This document shows positions 55,423 through 64,000 of a stretch of 64,000 nt of DNA, one piece after another. The position numbers and the translations under genes are program-made. Origin of the DNA: an uncultured Candidatus Saccharibacteria bacterium (GTDB taxonomy: Bacteria > Patescibacteriota > Saccharimonadia > Saccharimonadales > JAGQNK01); NCBI GenBank assembly GCA_964636355.1, contig CAZWRG010000001.1, forward strand, positions 41,687 through 105,686, written 5' to 3'. Every line of letters starts with the position of its first letter. Position 1 is the stretch's first letter. The notes under the pieces are model-generated. The model saw only the letters and a program-made list of their open reading frames with translations. It was not told the origin of the DNA and did not search any database.

Positions 55423-56629
55423 AATATTCGGGGGATTCGATAATTTTAACTGTCGTAAACTTATTGAGCACATTGTTAATTTGTTCAACTTGAGCCGAAG
55501 CAGAAGTTTCGTGCAATGAACTGGCTAATTGTTCACTGGCTTGATCCAGGGCGTACATTTTAACGTTTTGGCGTGCAAGTAGTCGCTCAGCTCGCTTGTC
55601 GTCCGGCGACCAATCGTAATGATTATAAATTGGCAAAGCTGATAGCTCAGTTATTTTTTTGGTTTTAATATCGATATCCATAACCCCGATAACACCGGTC
55701 AAGGCCTCGATCTCCAGCTGGGTGTTCAAAAAATTGCCAATACTGTACCAGACAATCGTTTCACCACCACTGGCTGCCTTAAGCCGTTTTACGGGTTGCA
55801 GAACATGCGGGCCATGACCAACGATTATATCGGCTCCATTATCTGCTAAAAACTGACTTATTTGAGTCTGGCGAGTGTTAATTTCTGGTGAGTACTCTGT
55901 TCCCCAGCGCATACTCACCAAAATAATATCGGCCTCATCCCGAGCCGTTTTAAGTTGGCGCTCAGCCAACTGCTGATTGTACATAGTCACCCCATAGCCA
56001 TTGGCCACCGGACTGTTTGAATAAGTAGAATATGATAAAAACGCAAACTTTAATCCGTTATTTTCGAAATACTTAACCGAGTCGCGTTCAGCGGCCGAAC
56101 GATTAGCTCCGGCGTGAGCCAAGACATCCTGACGCTCCCATTCAGCCACCATAGCATCTATTAGCGACTGACCTTTGTCATAGGTATGATTAGTGCCGGT
56201 ATTGATCACGTTGCAGCCCAGCCGAACCATATCACGAGTCAGCTCCAGCGGCGCATTAAAAACCGGATAACCGCTAACTCCAAACTGCCTACCGCCGGCT
56301 GGCGTAGCCTGATTGCAAAACCGCACATCGGCTTTATCAAAGTACGGCTTCATATTGGCCATTAAGCTGAGGTAATTATATGAATTTCCGGCCTGAGCGT
56401 TCTGATTAACTGAATCATGAGCAATCACATCACCGCTCAGAATTAGCCGCAGGCTGGTCTTTGGCTCATCAGGGCTATTGTCTGCGGCGGTCTGATTAGC
56501 ATTTATGTCTGAACTGGGTGATGTTTGCTGGCCGAATCTCCAGGCCAAAATAACTGCCCCGCTAATTACCAAAATTAAACCAAAAACTATGAGTATTTTG
56601 GCTCGACGAGACTTAATCCCGCGCTTCAT
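55421..56629 (-). CDS. CapA-family metallophosphoesterase
   Basis: GDVIAH, GYPVFNAP, TNHTYD, WGTEY, GHGPHVLQP, YSIGNF. Confidence 0.9.
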   Translation of the reverse strand: MKRGIKSRRAKILIVFGLILVISGAVILAWRFGQQTSPSSDINANQTAADNSPDEPKTSLRLILSGDVIAHDSVNQNAQAGNSYNYLSLMANMKPYFDKADVRFCNQATPAGGRQFGVSGYPVFNAPLELTRDMVRLGCNVINTGTNHTYDKGQSLIDAMVAEWERQDVLAHAGANRSAAERDSVKYFENNGLKFAFLSYSTYSNSPVANGYGVTMYNQQLAERQLKTARDEADIILVSMRWGTEYSPEINTRQTQISQFLADNGADIIVGHGPHVLQPVKRLKAASGGETIVWYSIGNFLNTQLEIEALTGVIGVMDIDIKTKKITELSALPIYNHYDWSPDDKRAERLLARQNVKMYALDQASEQLASSLHETSASAQVEQINNVLNKFTTVKIIESPEY

Positions 56630-57027
56630 TAGTCTTTTTTCTTGTCTATCTTATCGAGCTTCAGGCCCATGACCACAAAATAAATCACTAGCGCCACAGC
56701 TAGGAATTTAATAATTGAATCGATCAGCAGACCAAAATCAAACTCCGCCGAGCGCTTGCCTATCTGAACAAACCACGTCAAACCAGCCAGGCCGCCCTGC
56801 CCGACCAACAGATCCACCATTGGCGTAATCACACTGGAGACAATATCTTTTACCAATATTCCGGCTTGGGTACCAATTGCCAAACCGACAGCCAGCCCAA
56901 CGACGCCTTGTTTGCGGACAAACTCCATAAAACCGCCCAAGGTACCGCCCACCCGGGTTTGCTTGAGGGCTTGAGCTTTTGTCTTAGCAGCGGCTTTAGT
57001 TTTAGAATATTTTTTCTGCGATGCCAT
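56629..57027 (-). CDS. mscL: Large-conductance mechanosensitive channel
   Basis: FMEFVRKQGVVGLAVGLAIG, VSSVITP, FGLLIDSIIKFL. Confidence 0.88.
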   Translation of the reverse strand: MASQKKYSKTKAAAKTKAQALKQTRVGGTLGGFMEFVRKQGVVGLAVGLAIGTQAGILVKDIVSSVITPMVDLLVGQGGLAGLTWFVQIGKRSAEFDFGLLIDSIIKFLAVALVIYFVVMGLKLDKIDKKKD

Positions 57028-57079
57028 GCTTTTCCTCTTATTATCAGATAATATTATATATCACCGCTAGGAGATCAGC

Positions 57080-57505
57080 TTACAGCGCGCCAAGTATGGC
57101 ACCGGCCGCCGTCAAATAGACAAAATCATGAGCCCCATTTAACACCACTAATCCAAAGGGCCGCGCCTCAAAAGCGGTATGTACACCGCGGCTGGTCGTA
57201 GCAAACACCAATGACACCAGACCACCAAGAACCGCGCCTTGGAAAACTGTGTCAAAATACAGCGCCGACATCAAAACAGCTAGACCACTAACCATAATTA
57301 GATTCATTGCTGTTGTAATTGCCAGAGATTTTGTAAAACTATTAGTTTCTAAATCCTTTTGCCTAAGCCCCGAAGCCTTCATCCAATATTTGCCGAAAAC
57401 CTGCGGCGCGTACCAAAAACTGCCAATTATAAAACTTGGCAACAAGGCAACTAGCACTGCTAACCAGTTAACATTGTCCAGATGAAACATTAAAAGATCC
57501 ATCAC
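57080..57505 (-). CDS. DUF1761-like membrane protein
   Basis: NWLAVLVA, IGSFWYAP..FGKYW, FEARP. Confidence 0.8.
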   Translation of the reverse strand: MMDLLMFHLDNVNWLAVLVALLPSFIIGSFWYAPQVFGKYWMKASGLRQKDLETNSFTKSLAITTAMNLIMVSGLAVLMSALYFDTVFQGAVLGGLVSLVFATTSRGVHTAFEARPFGLVVLNGAHDFVYLTAAGAILGAL

Positions 57506-57567
57506 TTCTCCTTTTGGCGGTTATGCCATATAACTTATGTTTATAGCTTCAGTATACACTTTTTAGG

Positions 57568-59211
57568 TTACATCTGCTCCGGGGCGTGGATTCCTAAAAT
57601 TTCCAGTCCATTTTTTAGGACATCCGCGTAGTTGCTAACCAGACTTAAGCGAAGCGCTTCCCTGGGATCATCAATTACTCGGTTGTGTTCATAGAAGCGA
57701 TTAAAGGCCTGGCTTAGCTCGTAAAGATAGGTGCAAATATGATGCGGCAACAGTTCTTCGATAGATTTAGCCAAAATCTCGGGGTATTCGCTGATCTTGC
57801 GAAGCAGACTGCGTTCGTCAGCCTCTAAGTCACCACCTGACTCTGGGGCCGATTTAGATTTTCGCAAAATACTGCGCGCCCTGGCGTGAGCGTACTGCAA
57901 ATATGGCCCAGAATTACCCTGCAAACTAACTGCTTCATCAATATCAAAAATAATATCACTGCCAATTTTGACCTGCAGAAATCGATACCTAATAACCGCC
58001 GCGATCATTTGGTCATTAACCAAACTGTCTCGAGATTTTAAGGCCTCGGAAATTTTATCGAACAACCAGGAAATCTCAACCACCCCGCCATCACGGGAGC
58101 TCATTTTTCCGGTGCTGAGCTTTACCATTCCGGTGGGAATATTAACCGTAACGCCTTTTTGTTCCGGCATGCACAGTTCCGCGGCTGCAATCACGCCCTT
58201 AAAATAATCTTTTTGTTCATCGGCAGTTACAATGTAGCTTTTAGTTGGATGATAGTACTCATTTTTTAGCTGGATTAAACCCAAATCACGAGCCGCATAC
58301 AAGCCGGTGCCGCGGTTGCTTACAAAAGCATTGTCAAAAGCGCCATATTTGCTGCCCTCAAACACTAGCGCGCCGTCACTTTCTTTGAACACTTTTGGCA
58401 CATTGTCTTTAACAATTTTTACGCCGCGATTTTCGGCGTCCGACTCTAAAAATTTTCGCTCTACAGGCTTACTGCCCAGACGCTTGACGTTGGCATCAAT
58501 CTGCTCAAAGCTCCAATCAAAAACCGTTCTATAAACAGCGTCGTAAGTTGGATCATCCCTGGTAAAAGACTGCTTAGTTAGCGCTTCAATCTCTGCTTTA
58601 GCCTGCTCGTTTTCTTTATAAGCCCGCGAACCCTCAGCGTACATTTTAGACATAAAACTATTCCGCTCGGCCGGCGCAATAGCCTTAAGTTTATCGACAT
58701 CGCCGTCAATAAATTTGAGCAAACTATACATGCTTTTCCCAACGTGCAAACCAACATCGCCATGATAACTAACCCGGTAAGTATTGGCCCCGCCGGCCTC
58801 AATTAAATTAGCCAGCGTATCACCTAAAACAGCGTTTAGAGCATGACCAATGTGCATGGCTTTAAAGGGGTTGGGATTGTTGGTCTCGATAACTACTGAC
58901 TGACCTTTATAAGGCTGAGTTAGCGGCTGATTAACAGAGCTCCAAACGGCCTCGTCCGTCAGGCTGATATTTATAAATCCTGGACCAGCCACTTCAACGG
59001 CAGCAATAAGCAAGCTGGAGTCTTTGATATAATCAGCAATTTCCTGAGCAAGCTGTCGAGGATTTTTGCCAAGTTGTTTGGCCAGTTGCAAGCCAACATT
59101 AGTCGAAAAATCACCAAATTGTTCATCTGGCCTCGTTAAATCCACGGATACATTTGTTTTGAACAAATCCGTGCAAGCCTGCTCAATTACCGAAGCTAAT
59201 TCTTGTTTCAT
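57568..59211 (-). CDS. argS: Arginine--tRNA ligase
   Basis: FGDFSTN, AGPGFIN, HIGH (MHIGH), KMSSRDG, GPYLQYAHAR, APEQM. Confidence 0.97.
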   Translation of the reverse strand: MKQELASVIEQACTDLFKTNVSVDLTRPDEQFGDFSTNVGLQLAKQLGKNPRQLAQEIADYIKDSSLLIAAVEVAGPGFINISLTDEAVWSSVNQPLTQPYKGQSVVIETNNPNPFKAMHIGHALNAVLGDTLANLIEAGGANTYRVSYHGDVGLHVGKSMYSLLKFIDGDVDKLKAIAPAERNSFMSKMYAEGSRAYKENEQAKAEIEALTKQSFTRDDPTYDAVYRTVFDWSFEQIDANVKRLGSKPVERKFLESDAENRGVKIVKDNVPKVFKESDGALVFEGSKYGAFDNAFVSNRGTGLYAARDLGLIQLKNEYYHPTKSYIVTADEQKDYFKGVIAAAELCMPEQKGVTVNIPTGMVKLSTGKMSSRDGGVVEISWLFDKISEALKSRDSLVNDQMIAAVIRYRFLQVKIGSDIIFDIDEAVSLQGNSGPYLQYAHARARSILRKSKSAPESGGDLEADERSLLRKISEYPEILAKSIEELLPHHICTYLYELSQAFNRFYEHNRVIDDPREALRLSLVSNYADVLKNGLEILGIHAPEQM

Positions 59212-59264
59212 TTATAGTATTTTATATCTGTTAGCCCAAAAAATCCACTAGTATAAGTCACTAG

Positions 59265-59954
59265 TTAGCGCTTATTGCCTCGCAGCAGACCACCAAGCGA
59301 CCACACTACAAAATACATACTGCCAAGCAGTAAAAAGAAAAGTAGCGTCGTAATTATGGTGTCCGGATGGGCCGCTGGATTAATTACCCTGTCTGATACA
59401 TCAAACAAAATCCCATCCGGATTGACTAAAACATCCCAGGTGTTCCACCGCAAACTACGCCCCAGATAAATCGCAAAACTACAGGCCAATATAACCCCGC
59501 CAATTATCAAGTGAGACGCCTGGATGCTTAATCTTTTTAGCAGTTGATTATGAATAATATAAATACTCATAAAACCAGCCACCAAACCATTAAAAATAAA
59601 CGACATAAACATTACGATGTCATAAAGCAGGCTGACTTCACCGGTTGGATGGAGATGAATCAGATCGCTAATCATATAAAAACTATTCGGTAAAAATCCT
59701 AGCCATAGCAGAAGCAGGCCCAGACTTTTTAAGGAGCGAATTGACCACGTACTCAAATTTTTGGCAAGAATCCATGCGAATAACAGCGGCAGCCAGCCTA
59801 AGAACAAATTCCAGACCATAAACCAATAGCGATCAGTTTGCGACTCTACCGACCGAAGAAAAAACAATGTCAAGGCTACGCCATTTGAAATCGCTAAAGC
59901 CCAAAGGACACTTCTAAAACTGCCCTTTGCTGCCGCGGTTGGTTGCTTTGCCAT
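59265..59954 (-). CDS. DUF1361 membrane protein
   Basis: WNLFLGWLP, WLGFLPNSFYMISDLIH, IYLGRSLRWNTWD; ATG at 59954 follows a TACAAT -10 box. Confidence 0.85.
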   Translation of the reverse strand: MAKQPTAAAKGSFRSVLWALAISNGVALTLFFLRSVESQTDRYWFMVWNLFLGWLPLLFAWILAKNLSTWSIRSLKSLGLLLLWLGFLPNSFYMISDLIHLHPTGEVSLLYDIVMFMSFIFNGLVAGFMSIYIIHNQLLKRLSIQASHLIIGGVILACSFAIYLGRSLRWNTWDVLVNPDGILFDVSDRVINPAAHPDTIITTLLFFLLLGSMYFVVWSLGGLLRGNKR

Positions 59955-60036
59955 ACTAACATTGTACCAGCCAAATACCCCGACCATGCAGCTTTCACTA
60001 GGCACTATCCAAGCAAGTCGGTTATAATGTTGTTTA

Positions 60037-60669
60037 ATGAATTTAGTGGGTAATTTTTTAGATGGTTGCCGTAATGTTGTACGCGGCTTAATGCGATGGA
60101 TTGCCAGAGGGTTAAATAACTTCAGCGGCGGTCGAATATCGCCAAGCGGCATTACCTTAACCAGCCTATTTGCCCACCTGCCAATTGCTTGGCTGATTTC
60201 CCAAGATTATTTTGGCTACGCCGCAATCGGACTGGTAGTTTTTGGATTATTTGATGCTCTAGACGGGGAGATGGCTCGGCTGCAAAACAAAGCCTCCAGT
60301 GCTGGGATGCTGCTTGATGCCAGCACTGACCGCATGAAAGAAGTAATTTTGTACTGTGGCGCGGCCTTTGCGCTGGTTGCTCAAGATCAGGCCTTTTATG
60401 CCGTCTGGGCAGTGGCGGCCTGCGGCGCCAGTTTGTGTGTTTCGTACGTCAAGGCCAAAGGCGAAACCGCCATGATTGGCAGTAAATACAACCCCAACGA
60501 AATAAATCGTTTGTTCCAGGATGGTTTCCTACGGTTCGAAGTCCGCATGTTTCTGCTGATCATCGGCTTGCTTGCAAATGAACTAGGTGTGGTTCTTATA
60601 ATTATTGCCCTGATGGCCACACTAACTGCGCTGGAGAGGCTCATCAAAATCACCAAAAAACTGTCATGA
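60037..60669 (+). CDS. CDP-alcohol phosphatidyltransferase
   Basis: Signature DxxDGxxARxxxxxSxxGxxxDxxxD (DALDGEMAR..SSAGMLLDASTDR); SYVKAKGE as in the PIP/AIP synthase subgroup. Confidence 0.93.
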   Translation: MNLVGNFLDGCRNVVRGLMRWIARGLNNFSGGRISPSGITLTSLFAHLPIAWLISQDYFGYAAIGLVVFGLFDALDGEMARLQNKASSAGMLLDASTDRMKEVILYCGAAFALVAQDQAFYAVWAVAACGASLCVSYVKAKGETAMIGSKYNPNEINRLFQDGFLRFEVRMFLLIIGLLANELGVVLIIIALMATLTALERLIKITKKLS

Positions 60670-61322
60670 ACTTCAAGGTAGATCTACACACTCACTCGAT
60701 TGGTTCGCCGGATGGCGGAATCACTGCCGCAGAGTACAAACAAGCGCTCGACACCAAACTGCTGGACTGTATTGCGATAACTGATCACAACTCTGTTGAT
60801 TTTGGCTTGCAGCTGCAAGCTGAACTGGGTGATCAGATTATTGTTGGTGAAGAAATCATGACCACCACCGGTGAAATTATTGGGCTGTTTCTTAAAAAAA
60901 CCATTCCGCCTAACCAAAGCCCGGAGGCCACAATTGAGCAAATCAAAGCCCAAGGTGGAATTGTTTACATTCCCCACCCTTTTGAAACTGTCCGCAAAGG
61001 CCTTCACCCAGCTACTTTGGAAAAACTAGCTGATGATGTTGATATCATTGAGGTCTGCAATGGGCGGGCATTTTTTCAAAATCGCAGTGAACAGGCGGTG
61101 GTTTGGGCGCGACTTAATCATAAACTGACAGCTGCCAGTAGCGATGCTCATGGCTACCGCGGACTTGGCGCAACCTATACTGCCATGACAGCGCTGCCGA
61201 CCAAGGAAAATCTACTGGAACTAATGGTCGGCAGTACGCCAATTACCGGCCGGCCCACCATGCGCTCCCTGCTCTATCCTAAACTTAATCGTCTCCGTAA
61301 AAAATTGAGGTCAGCCAAGTGA
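60666..61322 (+). CDS. PHP-domain metal-dependent phosphoesterase
   Basis: DLHTHS..SPDG, AITDHN, GEEI, PHPF, SSDAH. Confidence 0.92.
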   Translation: MNFKVDLHTHSIGSPDGGITAAEYKQALDTKLLDCIAITDHNSVDFGLQLQAELGDQIIVGEEIMTTTGEIIGLFLKKTIPPNQSPEATIEQIKAQGGIVYIPHPFETVRKGLHPATLEKLADDVDIIEVCNGRAFFQNRSEQAVVWARLNHKLTAASSDAHGYRGLGATYTAMTALPTKENLLELMVGSTPITGRPTMRSLLYPKLNRLRKKLRSAK

Positions 61323-61864
61323 TCGCGGAGGCTTTATGGTTCTTTTTACCGGCTGGCATTGCTAACGCCATTCCAGTGTTTGTTTGTAAATTACCACTGC
61401 TAAGAAACCTCAATACACCGCTGGATTTTGGCAAAACTTGGCGCGGTGAACCGATTTTTGGGGCTAACAAAACCTGGCGCGGCCTGATCTCTGGAATTAT
61501 CATCGCCACGGTTGTAATTGGCATTCAAAAATACCTCTTCAGTCGACAGCTTTGGGCCTTGGAATTGGCTTGGTTCGACTATCGACCAAGCTACATCTGG
61601 CTGCTTGGGCCGTTGTTTGGCTCGGGGGCTTTAATTGCCGATGCCGCGGAAAGCTTCTTCAAGCGACGACTTAAAATAGCGCCCGGTAAAAGCTGGTTTC
61701 CATTTGACCAGATTGATTATATTTTAGGCGGAATATTGTTCAGCCTGCTGGTTGTTCAGCTGTCGATCAGCAAATATATTTTGGTGATTGGTGTGTGGTT
61801 TTTTATGCATTTGATTGCCAGCTATATCGGATATTTAACTGGCCTGAAAAAACACCCTATTTAA
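61319..61864 (+). CDS. carS: CDP-archaeol synthase (CarS/DUF46) family cytidylyltransferase
   Basis: LPAGIANAIP, PLDFG, G.NKTWRG, D..ESFFKRRL, DQIDY. Confidence 0.85.
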   Translation: MIAEALWFFLPAGIANAIPVFVCKLPLLRNLNTPLDFGKTWRGEPIFGANKTWRGLISGIIIATVVIGIQKYLFSRQLWALELAWFDYRPSYIWLLGPLFGSGALIADAAESFFKRRLKIAPGKSWFPFDQIDYILGGILFSLLVVQLSISKYILVIGVWFFMHLIASYIGYLTGLKKHPI

Positions 61865-62583
61865 GAGTAGTTCTTAGCTTCAATAAAACACTCCTGGCTA
61901 AAAGCCTGACAAACAAAATCAAGTGAGAATCGCTCTAACATGCCAGCGGTTTGAGATGGCATGGCCTGAAGCGCCTGACATTTTTTGTCTATAAGTTCAG
62001 CATTTAGCTCAAAAACTAAATCGCAAGCTTCACGGTTATAAATTCTAGGCCTATCAATATTAAAGAAAATGTTCAGTTTTTGATCCATGATTTTTAGGTA
62101 GTTCTGATAACTATCACTAGAGATAACCGAGTAAAGCAGCCTTGGCCTATAGCTTAGTTTCGCGCAAGCTAAAGTTGCCCAGCGCGACAATGCAATGTGA
62201 TCATCATGACCAGTCAGACCATCCGGGCCAAAGCTAATAATGGTGTCAGGTTTTATCTGCTCGATTATGGGCATTAGTTTTTCTAAGGCGGCTTGATCAG
62301 AAATCTGAGCACATTGTCCATCCTTATAATCCAACCAAAAATGATTTTTAATGCCTAAAATTTCTAAAGCGGCATCTGATTCGGCTTGCCGAATATCAGC
62401 CAGTTTATCTGGCGGCCAACGCTTGGGATCATAAACCCCAGCCTCACCCCGGGTAGCCGTAATACAGGCCACATTTTGACCATTTTGGGCAGCCGCGGCC
62501 ATAAGTCCAGCGCTGCTAAATGTCTCATCATCCGGGTGGGCCCAGATCCCAAGAACACTGCCAAGCGCTGCCACATCATCCAT
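61861..62583 (-). CDS. PIG-L / LmbE family deacetylase
   Basis: AHPDDE, TRGEAG, R..E, GHDDH, SQ. Confidence 0.92.
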   Translation of the reverse strand: MDDVAALGSVLGIWAHPDDETFSSAGLMAAAAQNGQNVACITATRGEAGVYDPKRWPPDKLADIRQAESDAALEILGIKNHFWLDYKDGQCAQISDQAALEKLMPIIEQIKPDTIISFGPDGLTGHDDHIALSRWATLACAKLSYRPRLLYSVISSDSYQNYLKIMDQKLNIFFNIDRPRIYNREACDLVFELNAELIDKKCQALQAMPSQTAGMLERFSLDFVCQAFSQECFIEAKNYS

Positions 62584-62599
62584 GGCTTAAATTATACGC

Positions 62600-63637
62600 T
62601 TATTTAGCAAGTTCGGCTTTTAGCTTTTCGATAAGTTCAACTGGTGTAGGGTTCAGCCCGTTTAACAGCGCCAAATACAAACTCACAAAATCACCGTAGG
62701 CAATCACCCAAATTAATTGCTCAATTAAATCACTACCTTTTGCTTCAACGATCTGGGCCGCTGGCCGCCGGCCGGATAGTAACTTATCAGTAATTTCAAA
62801 GCGTTTTTGGGTCCTGATGTGTTCTAAATCACTTCTCAGGTCAATTACCGCGTACGGCTTCTGGATGGGATGGCTGGTCCAACCCAGAAATTCATTGTGA
62901 TTAAATTCCGGCAACTGATTACACCAGGCCACATTTTTGGCATTTTCATTAAAACTGATTTTCCACTTATAAGCAGCTGGGAAAAACTTAGGTCCGGCAT
63001 AAATGACCGGTGATTTGCCCATTAATTCATGAGCTAGCTGCTTGGCTGGATTTTTTGATGATGGCACAGCGGCCGTCCAATCAGACATTTGCTCAGCTAG
63101 CCACTGCGCGGCTGCTTCCAGCTGTTTAATTTTGCCACTGACAAGCGATGCTGATTCCATAATTTCAAGCAGCGCCCGCAGCTGATAACCAAGAGTCATT
63201 CGAGGCTGAAAACCAGTTGGCAAAGTTATAAATGGCAAGTTATTTTTCTCGGCTTTTTTTAACAGCTCGCCGCCAGACGCAACCACTATGATTTGCGGCC
63301 GGTTTTGCTTGAGACTCAGCGCCTGATCAAGCGCGCTTAGAGTTTCTTCAGTGTTCCCCGAATAACTAGAACAAATTAATAATGTGTCGCCGCCAACAAA
63401 CTCTGGCAAGTCATAGTCGTTAACAATTTTAAAAGGAATATTAATGCCGGGCCATGATTCAAACACCTTAGCCGCCAAGCCCGACCCGCCCATGCCAGCC
63501 ACTACAATATTGCTAATCTCAGCACTCGGCGTAAATTTAAACCCAAAATCATGTTGGTATTGTTGCCATTGTTTCTCAGCCAATCCTAGCGCATCTTGTG
63601 CATCGCGGTCGTGAATGTATTTTAGATCGTCTAGCAA
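62600..63637 (-). CDS. Bifunctional phosphoglucose/phosphomannose isomerase (TTG start)
   Basis: GMGGSG, SSYSGNTEET, QPRM, NENAK, PEFNHNE, GDFVSLYLA. Confidence 0.93.
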   Translation of the reverse strand: MLDDLKYIHDRDAQDALGLAEKQWQQYQHDFGFKFTPSAEISNIVVAGMGGSGLAAKVFESWPGINIPFKIVNDYDLPEFVGGDTLLICSSYSGNTEETLSALDQALSLKQNRPQIIVVASGGELLKKAEKNNLPFITLPTGFQPRMTLGYQLRALLEIMESASLVSGKIKQLEAAAQWLAEQMSDWTAAVPSSKNPAKQLAHELMGKSPVIYAGPKFFPAAYKWKISFNENAKNVAWCNQLPEFNHNEFLGWTSHPIQKPYAVIDLRSDLEHIRTQKRFEITDKLLSGRRPAAQIVEAKGSDLIEQLIWVIAYGDFVSLYLALLNGLNPTPVELIEKLKAELAK

Positions 63638-63714
63638 AACTGCCTCCTACTTTTTGCGGTTATGCTATATACTATCTACTAACTACTAATGACAAACAAG
63701 GGGGTGTGGTAAAA

Positions 63715-64000
63715 ATGTTTGGGCATGATGACAACCAGCAAACTGATAACCAAGATCAAAATAATACTCAGAATAATAATGGCTTTACGCCGCCAGCCAA
63801 TCTGTCGGTGAATACCTCTCTGGGAGCGACTCCACCGCCGCCCGCCGATGATCAAACAGCTGCTACAGCGCCGCCAGCTCCGGAACCAGAAGCTGATAAG
63901 CAGACCGAGGAAGCCATCGCTGAAGCCACCTCCAAACTAGCCGATGAGCCAGCTCCAGCTACTGCTGCACCCGCCCAATCAGAGCCCGACACCGATGGTC
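63715..64000 (+). CDS. Hypothetical low-complexity protein (partial, runs off window end)
   Basis: Open frame MFGHDDNQQTDNQDQNN..PPPPADD..; upstream TATACT box. Confidence 0.65.
   Translation, partial: MFGHDDNQQTDNQDQNNTQNNNGFTPPANLSVNTSLGATPPPPADDQTAATAPPAPEPEADKQTEEAIAEATSKLADEPAPATAAPAQSEPDTDG

Noticed and set aside
48992-60152. Long N-terminal extensions in the ORF track (48992, 50335, 50396, 54575, 60152; also 4161, 15467, 25591)
   Set aside because: They overlap neighbouring genes or promoters; downstream starts have RBS or -10 support.
175-62607. Numerous 60-115 aa ORFs antisense to or nested in recognised genes
   Set aside because: These are shadow frames with no motifs or initiation signals.
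1-64000. Alternative genetic code 25 (TGA=Gly), tRNA/rRNA genes, IS elements
   Set aside because: Conserved genes are intact under code 11 and some end in TGA. No cloverleaf, rRNA or transposase signatures were seen.

Overview
This is a 64 kb gene-dense chromosomal segment of a small-genome bacterium using genetic code 11. It is most consistent with Candidatus Saccharibacteria (CPR/Patescibacteria); this is an inference from gene content and order. It contains a complete type IV pilus locus (pilM-N-O-x-B-T-C-pilin-pilD-minor pilin) and housekeeping genes (ychF, tlyA, efp, ssb, rpsR/F/O/T, ftsK, rnj, pnp, truB, holA, mutM, polA, rpoD, dnaG, orn, argS, mscL). It also holds cell-envelope enzymes, several secreted or orphan proteins, a phage-tail-fibre-like SGNH protein, and a three-gene lipid head-group operon containing a CDP-archaeol synthase (CarS)-family gene. 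No rRNA, tRNA, CRISPR array, integrase or transposase was seen. The strongest unexplained signal is a dispersed system of degenerate 7-nt tandem repeats. Inverted heptamer arrays enclose a stand-alone four-helix-bundle (23S-IVP/Avd-like) gene between efp and tlyA. The same inverted-array architecture occurs without a cargo gene at pilT-pilC, rpsF-rpsR and rpsO-pnp, and single arrays sit in-frame inside pilD, mutM and polA. Other signals are a strand-specific multi-stem RNA downstream of rnj, an AACWGAGG motif shared by three ribosomal-protein promoters, a recurrent GCTTATGCT upstream motif, and pervasive leaderless-type gene starts. All calls come from reading the sequence by eye; no searches were run.
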